From contig NW_021833085.1 in assembly GCF_006345805.1 (NCBI RefSeq), positions 1-58,639 on the forward strand: a stretch of 58,639 nt of DNA, in the 5' to 3' direction. The position numbers and the translations under genes were made by a program. The stretch's first letter is position 1; each line of letters opens with the position of its first letter. A model generated the notes under the pieces. The model saw only the letters and a program-made list of their open reading frames with translations. It made no database searches and had not been told where the DNA came from. The DNA comes from Octopus sinensis. Lineage: Eukaryota. This document shows positions 54,010 to 58,639 of the stretch, piece after piece.

Positions 54010-54815
54010 AAGGCGGCGAGCTGGCAGAAACGTTAGCTCGCCGGGCGAAATGCCTAGCAATATTTCGTCTGCCGCTACGTTCTGAGTTCAAATTCCGCCG
54101 AGGTCGACTTTGTCTTTCATCCTTTCGGGGTCGATAAATTAAGTACCAGTTACGCACTGGGGTCGATGTAATCGACTTAATCCGTTTGTCTGTCCTTGTC
54201 TGTATCCTCCGTGTTTAGCTCCTTGTGGTTAGTAAATAAATAGGTATTTCATCTGCCGCTACGTTCTGAGTTCAAATTCCGCCGAGGTCGACTTTGTCTT
54301 TCATCCTTTTGGGGTCGATAAATTAAGTACCAGTTGAGCACTGGGGTCGATGTAATCGACTTAATCCCTTTGTCTGTCCTTGTTTGTCCCCTCTATGTTT
54401 AGCTCCTTGTGGGTAATAAAGAAATAGGTATTTCATCTGCCGCTACGTTCTGAGTTCAAATTCCGTCGAGGTCGACTTTGTCTTTCATCCTTTCGGGGTC
54501 GATAAATTAAGAACCAGTTGAGCACTGGGGTCGATGTAATCCACTTAATCCCTTTGTCTGTCCTTATTTGTCCCCTCTATGTTTAGCCCCTTGTGGCAAT
54601 AAAGAAATAAGAATCGTTAGCACACTGGACAAAATACTTAGCGACATTTCGTCGGTCTTTACGTCTTGAGTTCAAATTTCGCAGGGAACGATTTAGGCTC
54701 TCGTCCTTTGAGGGGGTCGATAAAATAAGTACCAGCTGAACACTGGGGGTGGATGTAATCGATTTACTCCTTTCCCTGCAAACTGCTGGCCTGATGTCAA
54801 AGTTTGAAACAAATA
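54010..54815 (+). mobile_element. SINE family A tetramer
   Basis: Units start at 54010, 54243, 54427 (184-bp period, shared variants) and about 54611 (older copy, tail type 2). Confidence 0.9.
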
Positions 54816-55274
54816 ACAACAACGTGAAGCACCCCCAGAGAAATTAGGAAAAGCAGAACGAGAGTGTCCCCTGGCACTGACGCCATGTTTAAGGATTTTC
54901 AAAATTCAAGAAAGCTGTGATTTTTGTGGGGCGGGGATTCAAGGAGGAGCCAAGTAAAAAATCAACGAATCACTCATCTCTGCTGCCCAGGCCTCGGGTC
55001 GATTTATAGGATGAATCCGTACAAGGGACAACCCCGTGGGAATCGCTCGGTTTCTATTTTATCGTTTAAAAAGGAAGAGAAGAGCAGCATCCATGGCATT
55101 TTATATATTTCCAGGCTATCTGAGACTTGTAAGATGAAAAGAAAAGAAAAAAACGGGGAATTTATCCTCAACCTGAGGATCTGATCTGAATGCTTGCAAA
55201 GAGAAAGAAATCTGCAAGGAGTCCTTAAGGATCGAGTGGTTCTGTTGAATCGGGTGACGGATTCAGTCCACTTG

Positions 55275-55312
<38 letters not shown>

Positions 55313-55532
55313 ACACCATTGCTACTGCTGTCGTCGAGATGACGATGATGAAGATGATGATGATGATGATCGTGATGGCGATGACGGTACTCTTGCTACT
55401 GCTGGTGGTAGCAGCGATGATGATGATGATGAGGAGGAGGAGGAGGAGGAAGAGGAGGAGCGGAGGAGAAGGGGAGGAGAAGGCGCGGAGGAGGAGAAGG
55501 AGGTTTCATAAAAACTAACTCAAGGAATATTG

Positions 55533-56018
55533 GTGGAATTAGCTACCGAGCGGGTGTTAAAATAAAGCTGAAGATCAGTGAAAAAGAGAACATCTACGCT
55601 GAACTATTGAGATACAGTTACTTATCCAGATTACAAGTTGAGGTTTATACCTGTAATTATTGGGGCACTGGGATATATAAGACACTGCCTAAATAGCAAT
55701 CTTGAGAAATTGGGCTTCTCAAAACTAGAAATGAGAAAGCTAATTCAAAGAATTCAGATCCAATCCATCACTGGAACTATAAAAATGTGTAAAACTTTCC
55801 AGAAGTTTGTCATTTAAATATATATGAACATCTCTAGATAATCAATTACATGAGAATACATATATAAAACATACAAATCTACACATATATACATATATAC
55901 ATACATGCATACATACAAACAAAAATACCATTGAAATTCCAATGAAGGAGCCTTGGATCTAGGTTAGAAACCGGTTCTTTCTCTACTGGGAAGAAATCTT
56001 GAAATAAAACTGAATAAT
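55533..56018 (+). mobile_element. (CATA)n-associated RLE retrotransposon 3' fragment
   Basis: Same C-terminus and 3' UTR as 44811, followed by (TACA)n. Confidence 0.85.
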
Positions 56019-56079
56019 TACATACATACATACACACACTCACACATACATACATACATACATACATACATACATACAT

Positions 56080-56112
<33 letters not shown>

Positions 56113-57039
56113 TATATATATATATGGAATACAGGTAGAAGGAGGAACGGAGAGAGAGAGAGAGAAGTTAAGGAAAAGAAAAGAATGTATGCGATGGTGA
56201 TGGTGATGATGATGATGATGATGATGGTGGTGGTGTGGTGGTGGTGGTGGTGGTGGTGGTGATGGTGGTGGTGGTGGTGGTGGTGGTGGCGGCGGCGGCG
56301 GCAGCGGCGGCGGTGGTGGTGTTCCGCATAGTTTCTGTCTATCAAATTCATTCACAAGACGTTGATCAGTCCAGAGCTACAGTATAAGACACTTGCCTAG
56401 AGTGCCACGCATTTGGACTGAACTCAAATCCAGGTGGTTATAAAGCGAGCTTCTTAACCCCATAGCCATACTTGTGCATATACGGGTAACATAGTTTGAT
56501 TTTTTTTTTTTTCCTTTCATTCATTGAAATCGTACGTTAATGTAATTTTCACGATTTATCACTGTCTGCACGTCTTCACAGCATCTTCCACATCTGACGA
56601 CCGCATGGCTCTAGATCTTCTCAACTTGTACTTATTCAACAAAACACATCTGGAACCAATTCAACTACATCATCCCACTCACCTCAATAACCCCGTCTCT
56701 CCACCTCAACCGTGATCGCCTCTTCAACTTGCAGTTTTTTTCATAACATAATCTTCTTTTCATGCCATCCGTCATCATATCTCGTCCAAAGATATTTAAT
56801 CTTTGTTTGACATCGAAATTTTCCTAAGAAAGATCCGGTTTCATTTGCTTCCATATTGATCGTTTTCTTTTTTTTCTTTTTTTTTTTTTGCTTCATTCCG
56901 TCCGTGGTATTCTCAAGAATCTTCCTCTTTCTCTGTCTCTCTCTCTCACAGTTATAACACTCCAATACTATTTTATAATCATCACTTAAAACTATAACAA
57001 ATATTAGGATGTTTAACACCACAATAATCCGTTCTACTA

Positions 57040-57242
57040 TAGGCACAAGGCCTGTGTTTTGTGGGGAGGGGACAGTCGATCACATCGAGCCCAATACTCA
57101 ACTGGTATTTAATTTATCGACCCCGAAAAGATGAAAGGCAAAGTCGACCTCGGCAGAATTTGAACTCAGAACGTAGCGACGGTTGAAAGTACCGCTAAGC
57201 ATTTAGCCCGGCGCGCTAACGTTTCTGCCAGCTCGCCGCCTT
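57040..57242 (-). mobile_element. SINE family A, full length (tail type 2)
   Basis: Reverse complement from aaggcggcgagctggcagaaacg through ccttgtgcctatagtagaacggatt. Confidence 0.85.
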
Positions 57243-57454
57243 CTTTTCCTGCCTCTTGATCTACCACACCACCCTTTACACTTCCTTCCATGATAACGTT
57301 TCCCAGATATCTGTTTCTTAGAATGTAGCCATCAGAGATGAGCTGTGTGGGCCTTTTTTTCTCTTTTCACAATATTCAGGATTTGTCGTCTCGCTACCTC
57401 ATGTTGTAACACCCATTCACTTATGCGATGAGCGTTGTAAACGACTTGTAACAC

Positions 57455-57782
57455 TCTCCTATGGAGAAACTTTCAAAATACAAAGACCTGGAAATAAAGG
57501 TAAATCGAATGTGGAATCTAAAAACAGAAGCAATTCTTATCATAGTAGGCGCATTAGGTATGATAAAAAAATATTCAGACAAATACGTAACAAATTTACC
57601 AGGACTTACAAATATATATAGCATACAGAAAATTGTGCTACTGGGCACTGCACATATCCAACGAAAAACACTTTCAATACAGTAACAAAAAGAACATCAC
57701 AACAAACCACAGCACATACCCAAGGCGCTCAGAGCTGCGCTCGATAGTGAAGTGAAAGCACGCTACATAAATAAAACTACTG
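57455..57782 (+). mobile_element. R4/Dong-like RLE 3' end with 3' UTR
   Basis: EKLSKYKDLEIKVNRMWNLKTEAILIIVGALGMIKK..IQKIVLLGTAHIQRKTLSIQ*, then AATAAA and (GAT)n. Confidence 0.85.
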
Positions 57783-57864
57783 AATGATGATGATGATGAT
57801 GATGATGATGATAATGGTGGTGGTGGTGGTGGTGGTGGTGATAATGATGCTGATACTGATGATA

Positions 57865-57896
<32 letters not shown>

Positions 57897-57950
57897 AATG
57901 ATGGTGGTGGTGGTGGTGGTGGTGGTGATAATGTGCTGATACTGATGATA

Positions 57951-57981
<31 letters not shown>

Positions 57982-57982
57982 C

Positions 57983-58610
57983 GACACATCAGAATGTAAT
58001 AAGTGCAGAATTTGTGGACAAAATGGTGAAACAGTATGGTATATTACCGGTCAATATACGCCACTAGCCCACAAAGACTATAACACACGTCATAGCAATG
58101 TAACAAGGATTGTCCATTTGACACTTTGCAACAAGTATGGACTTGACAGAGCAAAAAAGTGGTACGAACATAATCCCTAAGCCATCATCTACAATGATAA
58201 TGCAAAGATCCAATTGGATTTTATGATTCAGTGCGGCCATGAGATAGAGAATAGGAAACCAGACATAGTGTTAATTGAGAAAGAAAACAAACGATGCTGG
58301 ATTATTGATATAGCATGCCCAGCTGACAACAAAGTATGCGATAAGGAAGAAAGAAAAGTCGATAGATATGACAGGTTAGCTTGGGAAGTTAAGCAGTTGT
58401 TGTCGATGAAAAGGTGGTAGTGGTACCAGTAATTGTTAGAGCGCTGGGAACAGTGCGTAAAAATCTTAAGAAGTACATGGAACAAATAGGGTCTGCAATA
58501 AGGGTGGAGCACTTGCAGAAAACAGCACTGCTTGGAACCGCTCGAATACTCAGGGTGGTACTCGAAAAATGATTGTTACTTTTAGTCTCTGGTTGTGAAC
58601 AGCTGACACC
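57983..58610 (+). mobile_element. R4/Dong-like RLE fragment (CCHC remnant and PD..D nuclease)
   Basis: KCRICGQNGETV, KWYEH.P, NRKPDIVLIEKENKRCWIIDIACP, HLQKTALLGTARILRVVLEK*. Confidence 0.88.
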
Positions 58611-58639
58611 ATAGTACATCTCCAGCGTTAGAAGCTGTG

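Noticed and set aside
54010-54815. Regular ~184-bp repeats as a CRISPR array or satellite
   Set aside because: The units are SINE bodies with no unique spacers, in a eukaryotic context.
55194-55511. His/Asp/Glu-rich 105-aa ORF
   Set aside because: Composed of (CAT)n, (GAT)n and (GAG)n tracts.

Overview
AT-rich animal genomic DNA, probably a coleoid cephalopod such as Octopus. This is inferred from the four tRNA-headed SINE families and the extreme microsatellite load. It looks intronic or intergenic: there is no intact protein-coding gene, and nearly all ORFs in the supplied track are translations of microsatellites or SINEs. Recognisable content: many SINE copies, fragments of restriction-like-endonuclease (RLE, R4/Dong-like) retrotransposons, an RTE 3' end, an internally deleted mariner, a possible Helitron end, and a few weak exon candidates. 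Most interesting: (1) several unrelated short elements carrying minimal type I hammerhead ribozyme (HHR) folds with palindromic stem III, two of them built as tandem and/or fold-back copies like Penelope-like elements (PLEs) or retrozymes. One has a swapped G3:C8 catalytic core, and in another the inversion breakpoint coincides with the predicted cleavage site. (2) A 2-kb insertion bounded by a target-site duplication (TSD) that encodes only a gag/ORF1-like zinc-knuckle protein. (3) An RLE family tied to (CATA)n repeats. (4) Multimeric and domain-shuffled SINEs. All folds and alignments were done by eye, and SINE/LINE boundaries are approximate.
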